Source: Octopus vulgaris
Lineage: Eukaryota
Reading direction: 5' to 3'
Assembly: GCA_951406725.2 (NCBI GenBank)
Contig: OX597814.1
Location: forward strand, 110,236,001-110,300,000
DNA length: 64,000 nt
Shown: positions 1 to 11,993 of the stretch, piece by piece
Layout: every line of letters starts with the position of its first letter
Position numbering within the stretch: the stretch's first letter is position 1
Position numbers and translations under genes: made by a program
The notes under the pieces: generated by a model
What the model saw: only the letters and a program-made list of their open reading frames with translations
Told to the model about the DNA's origin: nothing
Database searches by the model: none

Positions 1-287
1 TAGCCAAAACCTCCTATGTGAAATTTTGTAGATGGAAACTGTGTGGAAGCCCAGCTAAGGGATCATCCCTGTTCTTGGGTGTTAGGCTTAATGTGGCCCC
101 AGACTAGACTGGGGATCTAGTCTGTATGCAAGCATAGAGACAAGATCTCTAGTCTGAAGGTAACTTCTCCCTTCCTCCCAACATTCCTGGAGACCTTCAA
201 AAAAACAAAATTGTCTCAATGCTCTCCTTTGTCCTCTAAGTTCTGTCTGTATAATAAGATAATAATAATAATAATAATAATAATAAT

Positions 288-841
288 GTCCTGATGCAGT
301 ACCAGGCAGTGGCTTTCATGGCTTCTGATCTTAACCGATTGGAAGTGTTATCATGTACATTGTTTTGTCTTAGTATAAAAGATGGGCCACAGCAAATATT
401 CTGCTCAATACCACAGATTTGCTTGTCAGTTGTTTGACCTTAACCAGTTGAGCATGTCTCTTAGTGGCTGACGATATGTGCATCTCTGATCACGAGCAGA
501 AGTAGTGGGGGAGCATCATAGCCGTGTGTTGAAAGGAATTCTTAGAGGTTTGGATAATTCACCTTTGGAAACATGGGTGGTTCATTCAACATCCTTAAGC
601 AACCCTTATTCAGGGACATTTTGAGTGGGATGGGCTATTCAACCTGAAGAAAATTCTAACTGGGTCCTACCTGCAAGGTCATGTGCTGTTTATCTTGATA
701 TGAGATCACCATGTCGCACACATATGGTTGTGTTGCATGTGCATGATGTACCCTTATCAGATGCGTTATCATGATGGGTATACTGGGCTTAATATATTTT
801 ACCCCAGTGTCACTTTGATGGCATGCACTGCTCTCTTACTC
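288..841 (+). mobile_element. Unclassified ~550-bp retroposon-like repeat between (AAT)n tracts
   Basis: A 5'-shorter copy lies on the minus strand at 24647-25108. Both copies are bounded on both sides by (AAT)n/(ATT)n. No ORF or TIRs. Confidence 0.6.
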
Positions 842-1222
842 AATAATAATAATAATAATAACAATAATAATAATTATTATTATTATTGTTTCTAATGTTG
901 GCACTAGGTCAAAATTAGACTGCTTTGACTTTGTACATATGAACAGACCTCTGACCTCGTACTTAACTACAGAAAAACAACACATACAACAACAGATAAA
1001 TAAGAATTAACATTGAGGAAGGCATAACAAAAGAAAAAAATGCAACGAAGAAAATATATAAATGAACATAGATCGATGAACATAGATCTGTGTAAAACAT
1101 CTGCTCTAATTACGCATGAGTGAGCAGCTCCAGAAAAAAAATAAATGTTGCCAGGCCACAGAAACAAGCTATGTGAATTTCAACAGACAGGATGATCTGG
1201 TTTATTAAGTGCAGTCATAATC

Positions 1223-1440
1223 TATTTCTTTACTACTCACAAGGGGCTAAACACAGAGAGGACAGGCAAACGGATTAAGTCGATTATATCGACCCCAGTG
1301 CGCAACTGGTACTTATTTAATCGACCCCGAAAGGATGAAAGGCAAAGTCGACCTCGGCGGAATTTGAACTCAGAACGTAGCGGCAGATGAAATACCGCTA
1401 AGCATTTCGCCCAGCGTTCTAATGTTTCTGTCAGCTCATC
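1223..1440 (-). mobile_element. tRNA-headed SINE, family A
   Basis: Matches the ~230-bp family ggcggcgagctggcagaa...gagttcaaattcc (B-box-like)...aaagaaata. Direct repeat cagtcataa at 1212-1220 and 1442-1450 looks like a TSD. More than 20 further copies (approx. starts 2890, 4385, 8560, 17860, 22020, 24093, 24421, 25908, 26121, 27757, 28121, 33024, 34286, 36667, 36868, 40876, 52306, 57229). Confidence 0.85.
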
Positions 1441-1990
1441 ACAGTCATAACCGAAGCCGTCAAGTGATGGTGGAATTCATCCAGTACATTGATTTGGAGG
1501 TGAGGGCCCTGTGAATATCTCCAAGGGCTACTCTTACAATTAAATAAATGATTACATAAATAAATAAAGTGACAGCCTGTTGAGATTTGAGAGGAAATTC
1601 CCTGGGGCCTGGAAGCTGCTGTGTTTCACTTTGTAGACTTCCTCTCTGGAGATCCTGACCATAAACACAGTAAAATGGGATTAGTTTAATGGAGTCAATT
1701 CTTCTTGTAATTTGAATGATAAACCACCACCTCTCAGCTTGTCATCATAGAAACAATACTTGCAAGTTGGCCCACCTTCAATATTTACTCCACATTGAAG
1801 ATGGATATTGATATAAAGATGTTACTGTGGTTGTGTGGTTGAGAAGTTTGCTTCCTGACTACGTGGCCCTGAGTTCAGTTCCACTGCATTGCATCACAGG
1901 CAAGTGTCTTCTAAAATAGCTCTGGGCTAACCGAAACCGTGTTAGTAGATTTGGTGGATGGAAATTGAATGAAGCCTACCGTATGTGTGT

Positions 1991-2360
1991 GACACCAGTG
2001 TAGAATCACCTCCCTCCGACAAGTCATCCTAACTAGACGTCTGCGTTGGCCGGATCATGCCCTCCATCGTCAACCAGGAGAATTCATCTACGAAGCAATT
2101 GCCCCAGCTCCCCTTCAGGGTTGGCGAAAGCGATGTGGCGGACCACCATAAACCTAGCTGATGACGGTCAAGGCTGATCTGGAACCCAACCTAGGCCCCC
2201 ATGTCTACGGCGTTCGCCGCTGGAATAGGAAGTGGTTGGAGATTACGCGGTCGTTAGCCTCAAATCACCATGCCTGGTCAGCATTTGTGAGAGATGCAGC
2301 ATTGAGGATGAATGAAGCCAGCTCAACCCACCTCGGGTGAATGCAGTCTCAAGTCAAGTC
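1991..2360 (+). pseudogene. RTE-clade LINE ORF2 C-terminal fragment
   Basis: Reads ...LMTVKADLEPNLGPHVYGVRRWNRKWLEITRSLASNHHAWSAFVRDA..., with stops, and ends in caagtcaagtc. Similar to 16277-16700. Confidence 0.7.
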
Positions 2361-3155
2361 ATGTGTGTGCAGTAGAGGAGTGTAGCAAGTGTTAGTGTGT
2401 GTTAGTGCCTCTTTATCTTGACATCGAATGAGTTGTAAATGAGCTTCACTGTCCTACAAGCAGTCATTCGTTTTCAATATTCTGGCCCTGGGGAAATATT
2501 ACCTTGCTTGGAAACAGGTGAAGGTTAGTGACAGGAAAGGCATCCAACTGTAGAAAAGAATCTGCTTCAACATACTCTGCCCAACCCATACAAGCATGGA
2601 AAGGTGGATATTAGAACAGTAGTGATGACAATGAAGAGATATCATCATCATCATCATCATTTAAGGTCCATTTTCCATGCTGGCAGGAGTTGGACGGGTT
2701 GACTGGCAAGCCAGGTGGCCTCACCAGGCTCCAGTCTGATCTGGCAAGGTTTCTACAGCCGGATGCCCTTCCTAATGCCAACCACTCCAAGAGTGTAGTG
2801 GGTGCTTTTTATGTGCCATTTGATGAGAAGGAAGCTATCACAGTACAACAGGTATAGTAATAATTTTCAACCACAAAGGTTTGATGATAATGGTTTCAAA
2901 TTTTAGCACAGGGCCAGCAAGTTCATGGTGGGGGTAAATCATTTATATTGACCCCAGTGCATGACTGTTACTTATTTTATCAACTCCAAAAGTATAAAAT
3001 GCAAAGTCGACCTCTGTGGGATTTGAACTCAGAATGTAAAGATGGACAAAATGCCACTAAGCATTCTGCCTGGCATGCTAACAATGCTGCCAGTTTGCTG
3101 CCTGACGATTTGATGATATTAATGGATTTCTATGTGTATGGCCATTCTATTTTAA

Positions 3156-3377
3156 CCCTTTCGTTACTGTATTTATTTAGAGATGTTCTGTGTTTCTTTC
3201 AATTACTTTTAAATATAACAAAGAATTTAGTAAAATAACTTAGTTATCATTCAACTAGTGTTAGGACCATAAATTGTGACTAAGGTTTGGTGGAAGATTT
3301 TAATTCAGAACTTATGAAAACAAGACATTTGTACTACAGAGCCAGAAGTGATTTCAGCCAGGTTGGTAAAGAAAGGG
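3156..3377 (+). mobile_element. piggyBac-type MITE, family 1
   Basis: TTAA|CCCTTTCG...GAAAGGG|TTAA termini, ~220 bp. Confidence 0.85.
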
Positions 3378-3409
3378 TTAAGAATTGTTTCTCTATTATA
3401 TATTTTTAA

Positions 3410-3627
3410 CCCTTTTGTTACCATATATCTGTTGAGATGCTGTGTTTCTTTCAATTACTTGAAATATAACAAAGAATTTAGTAAAATAACTCAGTTATTA
3501 TTAAGCTAGTGTTGGAAACATAAATTGTGACTGAGGTTTGGTGGAAGATTTTAATTCAAAACTTATGAAAACAAGACATTTGTACTCAGAGCTAGAGCTG
3601 GTTTCAGCCAGGTTGATAATGAAAAGG
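3410..3627 (+). mobile_element. piggyBac-type MITE, family 1 (adjacent second copy)
   Basis: Same body as 3156-3377, flanked by TTAA. Confidence 0.8.
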
Positions 3628-5421
3628 TTAACTGGGAATCTTGGGCAAATTACAGCTAGAATCTGCCCATTCTTCTACATTTGGGCATTTGGATTTTAGC
3701 CGAATCACTATAGCGACAACGAGTATTTTTACTACTGTTTACTGACAGCATAACTGAACAATGGTGATGGATGAAATTGGAATATTTTGTGAGTAGGTGG
3801 GGAGGGAAAGGAAGTCCTATTAAATAGGAAGTATAAAATGAGAAATAAAGTTTAGAAGATGAATATATCATTACCGTGTATACAGACATGAATATACACA
3901 CATACACACACTTGACTATATCATTATCTACACTTACATATGGTGATATTAAGTGAACCTGAGTTGCTGCCAAGACTACCAACAGAAACCTAGCATAATG
4001 AGTGTGTGTGTGTGTGTTTATATATGTATGTGTGTGTGTGTCTTGATGCAGACATTTACATGCGTACACACACGCACACACGCATGCATGCAATCAAATG
4101 ACTAACATACTATTAAATGTTATAAATAACTAATGGAAAATTTAAAAACAATTCAACAAACATGCCAAGTTGCATAATAGTTTTGTAGAGGAAGCAAGGT
4201 GATTGGTGAAGCTAAATTTATATTTTTTAACAAGTATCCTTGTCAGAAAATCTTTTTTAGTTTAGTCATTCTCACTGACCTGTGTGGCTTGAATTACAGC
4301 CCCAGCAACAAGAAGCTCAATATTTCAATATTGGAATGTTTTAAATCTTACATTTTTGTTTGTCTCTTTACACAAATATGTTTATATTTCTTTACTACCC
4401 ACAAGGGGCTAAACACAGAGTGGACAAACAAGGACAGACAAAGGGATTAAGTCGATTACATCGAACCCCCCCCCCCCCCCAGTGCGTAACTGGTACTTAA
4501 TTTATCGAACCCGAAAGAATGAAAGGCAAAGTTGACCTTGGCGGAATTTGAACTTGGAATGTAATGACAGATGAAATACGGCTACACATTTCGCCCGGTG
4601 TAAACAGCGCTGTGTATCTATGATGTACAGACACCTTTGTCTCACGAGATAAATATTGATGTAAAGACGCAGGTGTGGCTGTATGGTTAAGAAGTTTGCT
4701 TCACAACCACATGGTTTTGGGTTCAATCCCAGTTAGAGGTACTTTGAGCAAGAGTCTTCTACTAGAGCTCTGGGCCAACGAAAGCCTTGTGAGTGGATTT
4801 GCTAGATGGAAACTGAAAGAAACCTATTGTGTGTGTGTGTGTGTTTCCTTGTCTTGGCATTGTGATAGTCGTAAATGAGTGTCACTGTCCTACAAGCAGT
4901 GTCATTCATTTCCAATATTCTGCTTGTCTCGGCATGGGGAAAATATTATCTTGCTTAGAAATAGGTGAAGATTAGCAATGGGAAGGACAAATCGCTGAAA
5001 AAAAATTCAGCCTCAACAAACTAATAAGAAAAAATACTTAACATAAAATCATTAACAAAAAATGTTTTATTAAATTGAAAAAACAATTTTTTTTGTTTTA
5101 TGTTTGTTTTACCACCTCTCACCTTCTCCTCCATGAACCATTCTTTTTTTCTTTACATCCCCTGCCACCAAACTGAGACTTCCCATTGCTCATACCTTTA
5201 TCCATATTCATTATTCACTTCTATCCTGATCTCTACTGTCTGCCTCTCTTTCATACTCTTACAAAACCTATCTACCCCCTCCAGCTATCCTCTATTCTCT
5301 GCCCTTGTTCTTTGTCCTTGTTTGACCTTCTTGTATCTTAGGGTGCACCTTGATATCTCATCTCCTCCATCCTTTCTCCTTTTCTAGCTGTGGTAGGCAT
5401 GTGTCTCAATGGTAAGGCACC

Positions 5422-5628
5422 ACCATCCAAGAATTTGGACCTGGAGATCTCCATTTCCAGCGACTTCGAAGGCCACCTCCCAGTGGTGTCGGGCATCAAC
5501 GAAGAGCCCTCGACTACAACAAGACAACCAAAGTTTTTTTTTTCCCAAGGTCTGGGGTCTCCCGCTCCTAAGCCCTAGACCATCACCTAATCACCCTTAC
5601 CCGTCTTGTTGCTTAACAACAACAACAA
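5422..5628 (+). mobile_element. 5'-truncated non-LTR retroposon with (CAA)n tail
   Basis: Exact 14-bp TSD aatggtaaggcacc at 5408-5421 and 5629-5642; ends in aacaacaacaacaa. Confidence 0.75.
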
Positions 5629-7386
5629 AATGGTAAGGCACCCGTTCCTGTCTGTCTTTCATACTTCAGCCTCTCAACATCTGACTCAAAGCTTCCTCCC
5701 TCAATAGAACCCCCTCTCCACTCTCATGGTATCTGGTCATGCAAATTACTTTGTTACCTCATGAGTGCTGATGTCACAAACACATGCACCCAGTACACTC
5801 TGTAAAGTGGTTAGCATTGGGGCAGGCATCCTGTCAAAGAAACTTTGCCAAAACACACACTCACTGGAGACCAGCATAATCTTCACGTTAGTCAGATCCT
5901 GTTGAAATGTCCAACCCATGCCAGCATGGAAGGCAGGTGTTATATGATGATAATGCTGATGATGATGAAACTGAGAAGAAATGAGTTTTAGCTAACATTT
6001 TAACAATATCATATTTCAAGATTTATTACCATATATTACACTCCAGGGAATATTTTTCTTTCTCACTGAAATGTAACATCCCCAGCTTGCAGTTAACTGT
6101 GATGAGATCTTTCTATTAACATTCGTTAATAAAGACACATGTTATTGCTGACAGCTAAATAATTTTTCCCATACATGTAATATATATCCTGCAAGAATTA
6201 TTGTACTTGTTAAGCTACTCAATAGCTATTTAAATATTATTCATAAAAGAATATTAACGATAGTTTTATGAAGTTTAATTTGTGTCAGCCAATGTCAGTT
6301 TAACCTCATGCGATTTCTCTATTTATTTACTCTCTATATTTTATTTTGCAAGAGCTAACTTTCTGCCTACTAAATCCTATGTCCTGTGAAAGAAATGAGA
6401 TTTTAATATAGTCTTACACCACAACTAACAGTTTCACCTTTTACCTAGTAATTTTACCCTTCATATTTTTGCATTAATATTTAGTTTTGCAGACAAGTTT
6501 AACCCTTTAGCATTTGGATAACTCTGTCAAATTTAATACCTATTAATTCCCATTGATCTTTCAGTATCTTGTAACTTTGAGATTTCTATGATATGACTGT
6601 GTACTTTTAGAATGACATTGTAGGGGCCAGATTTTGACATTTTGAACATAAAACAGGCAGAACATTTGAGCCAGATATCGCTGGTTTCAGTACAGATCAA
6701 ATGATGTAAATGGAACGTGGTGTAATCTAATCAAGGACAGTCCTACTAAATTCTTGTGATTTCAGACATTTGGCAATGAAGCATTTTGAAAATTTTGGAA
6801 CCAAGCTGCTATTAATCTAGTCATTAAATCTCTCTTTTTATTCTTTAGTCAATTTCACAGCCTTTTTTTCCTTTAACAAACTTCATAGTTTTCTTCTTTT
6901 TTTTTTTAACCTAGATCTTCGTCCTTCATTACTTCACAATTGCCATTTTAAGAAATGTTGTCTTTAAACATATCTCTTGTAGGGGGGGGGGGGTAAAGTT
7001 AAGTTCCTTTATTCATTTATTTAAACCAGCTATATCCAGCCAAAATATTCTTCCTGTTTAATGTTCAAATTGGCCTTGTCCACCTTGTCACACTTATCCT
7101 ACAATTTCACTCTAAAAATAATCACATAATCAGAATCTCAAAATTGCAAGATAATCCATGATTAATTCAAAGCAATGTAAATAAATGAGTAAGACATTTG
7201 ACAGAATAATTTGAATGCTAAAGGGTTAAATCAGAAGCCAGTTAAGGGGTCGGTATTGATCCCTGGAGTTCTCTGGGGTTTTCCAAGAGATCAATAAGCA
7301 CCTGAAACAATTCTAACATTAAGGATACTGAATTATTAACGAACTGAATCTGGAAGAGTTTTGGTAATTTAAGGTTTAAACTCTCT

Positions 7387-7575
7387 ACAGTTCTATATTT
7401 AAGAGTTGAGGAATTATATACATTATTTACATTTGACAGATATTTGTCCTCATCTTGTTTGTGTTAACACAACGTTTTGGTTGATATACACTCCAGCCTT
7501 CATCAGGTGTCTTGGGGAAATTTCAAACCTGGGTTCTCATTCCTAAGGTATTTTTCGATGTTATTCAGTGACCTG
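7387..7575 (-). mobile_element. Short hammerhead-bearing repeat, family H1 (Penelope-like, inferred)
   Basis: Homologous copies at about 8784-9090, 45806-45922 and 52532-52654; contains a hammerhead fold. Confidence 0.7.
7466..7511 (-). ncRNA. Minimal type I hammerhead ribozyme motif (C3:G8), decayed
   Basis: Minus strand reads GACAC-CUGAUGA-A-GGCUG-gagtgtatat-CAACC-AAA-ACGU-U-GUGUU. Helix I GACAC/GUGUU, palindromic helix III ACGU. G12>A and one helix II change relative to the 8826 copy. Confidence 0.75.
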
Positions 7576-7598
7576 AATAATAATAATAATTTTGATAA

Positions 7599-7682
<84 letters not shown>

Positions 7683-7684
<2 letters not shown>

Positions 7685-8070
7685 CGCAGGTGTGGCTGTG
7701 TGGTAAGAAGCTTGCTTCCCAACCACATGGTTCCAGCTTCAGTTCCACTGCAGGACATCTTGGGCAAGTGTCTGCTACTATAGGCTTTGGATGGAGTTGA
7801 TTTGGTAGATGGAAACTGTCATATATATATATATATATGTTTGTGTGTGTGTGAGTGTGTGTCTTTTTGTCTGTGTTTGTACCCCCACTATTGCTTGACA
7901 ACCAATGTTGGTGTGTTTATGTCCCTGTAACTTAGCGGTTCAGCAAAAGAGACTGATAGAATAAGTATTAGGCTTACAAAGAATAAATCTGGGATTGATT
8001 TCTCCGACTAAAAGCCTTTAAGGTACTCCAGTATGGCTGCAGTCAAATGACTGAAACAAGTAAAATAATA
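7683..8070 (+). mobile_element. CORE-type SINE, family B
   Basis: tRNA-like head ggcgcagg...ggttcagtccc, CORE-like cttgggcaagtg, internal TA/GT microsatellite, tail gactgaaacaagtaaaa. About 20 copies (approx. starts 1827, 4667, 19595, 22281, 23230, 23690, 41374, 42148, 48798, 49209, 51472, 53638, 60793). Confidence 0.85.
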
Positions 8071-8825
8071 AAACAATATTAAATTTGAAATTTATAAGAA
8101 GTTTCTAGACAGAGTACACTTCAATAATTGCTACAGCTATCGTTATTGGTCTGATAATTATTTCATTTGAGCACTTTCAACCTTTTTCTATTCTGAATAT
8201 CACAATCAGACAGTACTAGGAATGTTATCCCAGACAAATAATGAAGAATACCTGCTGATCATATATCTTTCTCAGCTAACTTACCTGTTAATGAAATGTG
8301 TTTCAGCTTCATACCTGTCAATCATATATGCCTCACCTGTCTCAACTACACTACCTGTCAATCCTATGTTGCAGCCAAACTACCTGTTCATCACATCTGT
8401 CTGGCTTTCATTACCTGTCCATCATGAATCTCTGCTACATTACCTGTTGCATTATTAATCCTTTTTGTTACCATATTTTCATTGAAAATTGTTTCAGTTA
8501 ATTTTGGAAATAACGAAGAATTTTGGATGTTTGGAACATAAATCAACCTGAAGCATTAGTTCCAAATTTTGACACAAGGCCAGCAATTTCAGGAAGGGGG
8601 TAAACCGTTTATATCGACACCAGCACATGACTGGTACTTATTTTATCAATCTGCAAAGGATGAAAGGCAAAGTTGGCCTCAATGGAATTTGAACCTAGAA
8701 CATAAAGATGGACAAAATACCACTAAGCATGCTAATGATTCTGTTTATTCACTGCCCTAAGGTTTGATAATGTTAATGGATTTATTAACAATGGACAGAT
8801 AGGTGTTCTCATCTGGTTTGTTGTT

Positions 8826-8868
8826 ACCACGTTTCGGCTGATGTATTCTCCAGCCTTCATCAGGTGTT
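8826..8868 (-). ncRNA. Hammerhead motif, family H1 copy 2
   Basis: AACAC-CUGAUGA-A-GGCUG-gagaauacau-CAGCC-GAAACGU-G-. Core and helix II intact; cleavage site and 3' helix I damaged. Confidence 0.7.
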
Positions 8869-9734
8869 CTGGTGAAATTTCAAACCCAACCCTTTATTTG
8901 ACTAATGGGGTAATCTGTTCTCATTCCTAAGGTATTCTCTTTTTTTTGCTGGTGTTATTTTGTTTAGCTTTGAGTCTCGACATCTCCACAGGAACGTTAG
9001 ATGGTTTGAAAGACGAGTTAGCTTCTGATAAAGTTTCTCTGTATGTCTCCATTGAAGTCTAATGTCAGCTCCGTGCCAATGTATTAATGGTATTAATGGA
9101 TTTCCTTAGGGATTTCTATATGTGTGGCCATTCCAATTTTAACTAAGCAATGTGGGCAAACTACAGCTAAAGTCTGAAGGGCTAACAATTTCAGAAGAGG
9201 GGGTTAAGTTGATTACATCAATCCCAGTGTTCAGCTGGTGTTTTGTTTTTCAGCCATGAAAGGATGAAAGCCAGTCGACCTTGGCGGAATATAAATCAAC
9301 ATAAAATATTGAGGGAAGGTTTTAATTTAGATAAGATTTAAAATGAGATGTTTGTTTCACGGAACAGATGCGATCTCAGATTAGAATCAGAAGATCTAAA
9401 GATGTTTGCAGCTGAAACATATCTCTGCTATTATCATCAAAGCGAATAACATTTAGTTTATATCATAGCCTCCTTTTTATTCTCTAAATTCTTCCGTTCC
9501 TTTCTGCCTGTTCTCTGGTTTTGCTGGCAGCCAACAATAGTTGCGTGATAACCCAGGTGTGTAGCTAATTTCTATATGGCTATAGAACTGACAGCGAGGT
9601 CAACCCATTGACATGTTGATGGGTGTCAAAGGTCAAAAACCAACATTTCTTTGCTTATTAACAGCACTGACTTTGTCGACTTAAACAGATGTTGCTGTTC
9701 AGAGGTGTATAAAATTTCATCCCTTCACTCTCAT

Positions 9735-9960
9735 CAGCATCATCATCATCATCATAAATAACATCATAACCATTACTATCACAAAGAATCTCATCATCAT
9801 CATCATCACCACCATCATAAACATCATCATCACAAGTATCATCATCACCATTGTAAACATCATTATCATCACTATCATAAACATCAACAACATCATCATC
9901 ATTATTATCAACAAAAGCAACATCATCTTCACCAACACAAACATCATCATTATTGTCATC
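9735..9960. repeat. Degenerate (CAT)n microsatellite
   Basis: Read directly; explains the Met-rich ORF 9717-10055. Confidence 0.9.
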
Positions 9961-10204
9961 CTCGTATTAGCTTCCACTTTTCCATGCTCACATGAGTCAG
10001 ACAGAACTTGTTCAGACAGATATTTTCTACAAGTGGACGCACTTGCTGTCACCAACCTTTAGCTGTTTTCAAATCAGGTAATTTTTCCTTTTAGCCAGAC
10101 ACATTTTTCATGAAATACTAGAAACAAACAACATTGATTGTATGACAGTGATATTAGTTCACTAACAACCATCACACTATGTGACGAGACAAAGCCGCAC
10201 ACGA

Positions 10205-10632
10205 GCATGTGCACTCTATAAATATGGAGGCAAAGTGGCTGAGTTCCTTTTGAGCATTGGTCCTCATAGAGGCAAAGTGGCTGAGTTCCTTTCGAGTGTT
10301 GGGCCTCATAGAGGCAATGACCGAGACATTTGGCATTATGTCATGCTTGAGAAGACCCCTCAAGCTGAGCAAAATTGCAGTTGTGGCAGATACTGGTGTC
10401 ACACAAATTGGCACCCATGCCAGTGGCATGTAAATGTACCCTGGCACCTGTGCCAGTGGAACGTAGAAGCACCCATTACACTCTCAGAGTGGTTGGCATT
10501 AGGAAGGGCACCCAGCCATAGAAAACCATACCAAATAAGACTGGAGTCTGGTGCAGCCTTCCAGCTTACCAGCCCTGGTCAAACCATCCAACTCATGCCA
10601 GCATGGACAACACACATTAAATGATGATGATG

Positions 10633-10633
<1 letters not shown>
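10205..10633 (+). mobile_element. 3' end of RTE-like LINE, family D, with (GAT)n tail
   Basis: DRDIWHYVMLEKT-type C-terminus, gtggcac(g/a)taaaaagcacc subrepeats, ttggcgttaggaagggcatccag box, ...ttaaatgatgatgat. Many other copies (approx. 2641, 11203, 12069, 13494, 14345, 17330, 28630, 30835, 44343, 47380, 48505, 54204, 56056, 56660, 63812). Confidence 0.8.
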
Positions 10634-10686
<53 letters not shown>

Positions 10687-10688
<2 letters not shown>

Positions 10689-10818
10689 AAAATGTGTTGC
10701 TGAAAATGCACTTAAATTTTAAAAACTCGTGAATGTTTAAAATACATATGTAAATAAATGTATTTTAAACATTCACGAGTTTTTGAAATTTAAGTGCATT
10801 TTCAGCAACACATTTTCC
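10687..10818. repeat. Inverted repeat, 61-bp arms, 10-nt spacer, (TA)n flanks
   Basis: 10687-10747 is the reverse complement of 10758-10818 with one mismatch. Confidence 0.95.
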
Positions 10819-11077
10819 TATATATTTTTTTCCTGCGTGGAGTCACCACTCCCTCTTTTGCTATATATGTATGTATTTATGTATGTATATATGATGGCGA
10901 TCTTTCTGCTTCTGCTGACCTTCATTTCCAATATTCTCTGAAAACGTGTCCGACGATGAAGAAATATTTCCTTGTTTGGAAATGGATGAGGATTGGCCAT
11001 AGGGAGGGCATCCAACTGTAGAATCTCTACCTGAACCAATTCTGTCTGACTAATATATATATATAATATCATTTAAT

Positions 11078-11202
11078 AAACACAATATATGTTTTTATGT
11101 GCTACTATTAGTTCCATGTGATGAGAGCATGCTGGGCAGCACATTCTTCAGGCACTGCCCACATAGAAGTAATAGTAGCACATAAAAACATATATTGTGT
11201 TT
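11078..11202. repeat. Inverted repeat, 43-bp arms, enclosing a hammerhead motif
   Basis: 11078-11120 versus 11160-11202, two mismatches. Confidence 0.9.
11099..11155 (-). ncRNA. Type I hammerhead motif, family H2 (C3:G8; A13>G)
   Basis: GUGC-CUGAAGA-AUGUG-(19 nt)-CACAU-GGA-ACUA-a-UAGU-A-GCAC. All three helices pair; GUA triplet. Confidence 0.65.
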
Positions 11203-11841
11203 CATCATCATCATCATTGTTTAACATCCGCTTTCCATGCTGGCATGGGTCGAACAGTTTACACTGAGAACTGGTAAGCCAGAGAGCTGCATCAGGTTCC
11301 AATCTGATCTGGCAAGCTTTCTACAGCTGGATGCCCTTCATAATGCCAACCACTCTGAGAGTGTAGTGGGTGCTTTTTATGTGCTGCCAATATGGGAGCC
11401 AGTCAGGCAGCACTAGCATCGCCACACTTGAATGGTGCTTTTTACATGCCACCAGCACAGGTGCCAGTCAAGCGGAACTGGCATCGGCCACGACTATGAT
11501 TTCACTAGACTCAACAGGTCTTCTCAAGCACAGTATAATACCCAATAATTGAAGGGTACTTTTAAACGGGTCGGTTATGCGACATCGGCATCAGCCACAG
11601 CTACAATCTCACTTTACTTGCCGGGTCTTCTCAAGCACAGCATATCTCCAAAGGTCTCAGTCGCTTGTCATTGCTTCTGTGAGGCCTAAAGTTTGAAGGT
11701 CGTGCTTCACCACCTCATCCCATGTCTTCCTGGGTCTACCTCTTCCACAGGTTCCCTCCACTGTTAGGGTGTGACACTTCTTATCTCTCACCAAATAGAG
11801 CACTTTTTTATTGATCTTACCATCATAGAGCGGTACACTAT

Positions 11842-11993
11842 ATATATAAAATATAAATTAGAGATAAAACCACTATTATGCAACTCAAACAGTTGTTTTT
11901 TTATATATTATTTGTTATTTATGTTTTGGTTTATGTCTATCACTGTTTGAATTGCATAATAGTGGTTTTATCTCTAATTTATATTTTATATAT
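11842..11993. repeat. Inverted repeat, 52-bp arms, part of a dispersed family
   Basis: 11842-11893 versus 11942-11993, one mismatch. A single-arm homolog lies at about 55950-56038. Confidence 0.9.

Noticed and set aside
468-500. CUGACGA in the AAT-flanked repeat
   Set aside because: No correctly placed GAAA or helix II in either copy.
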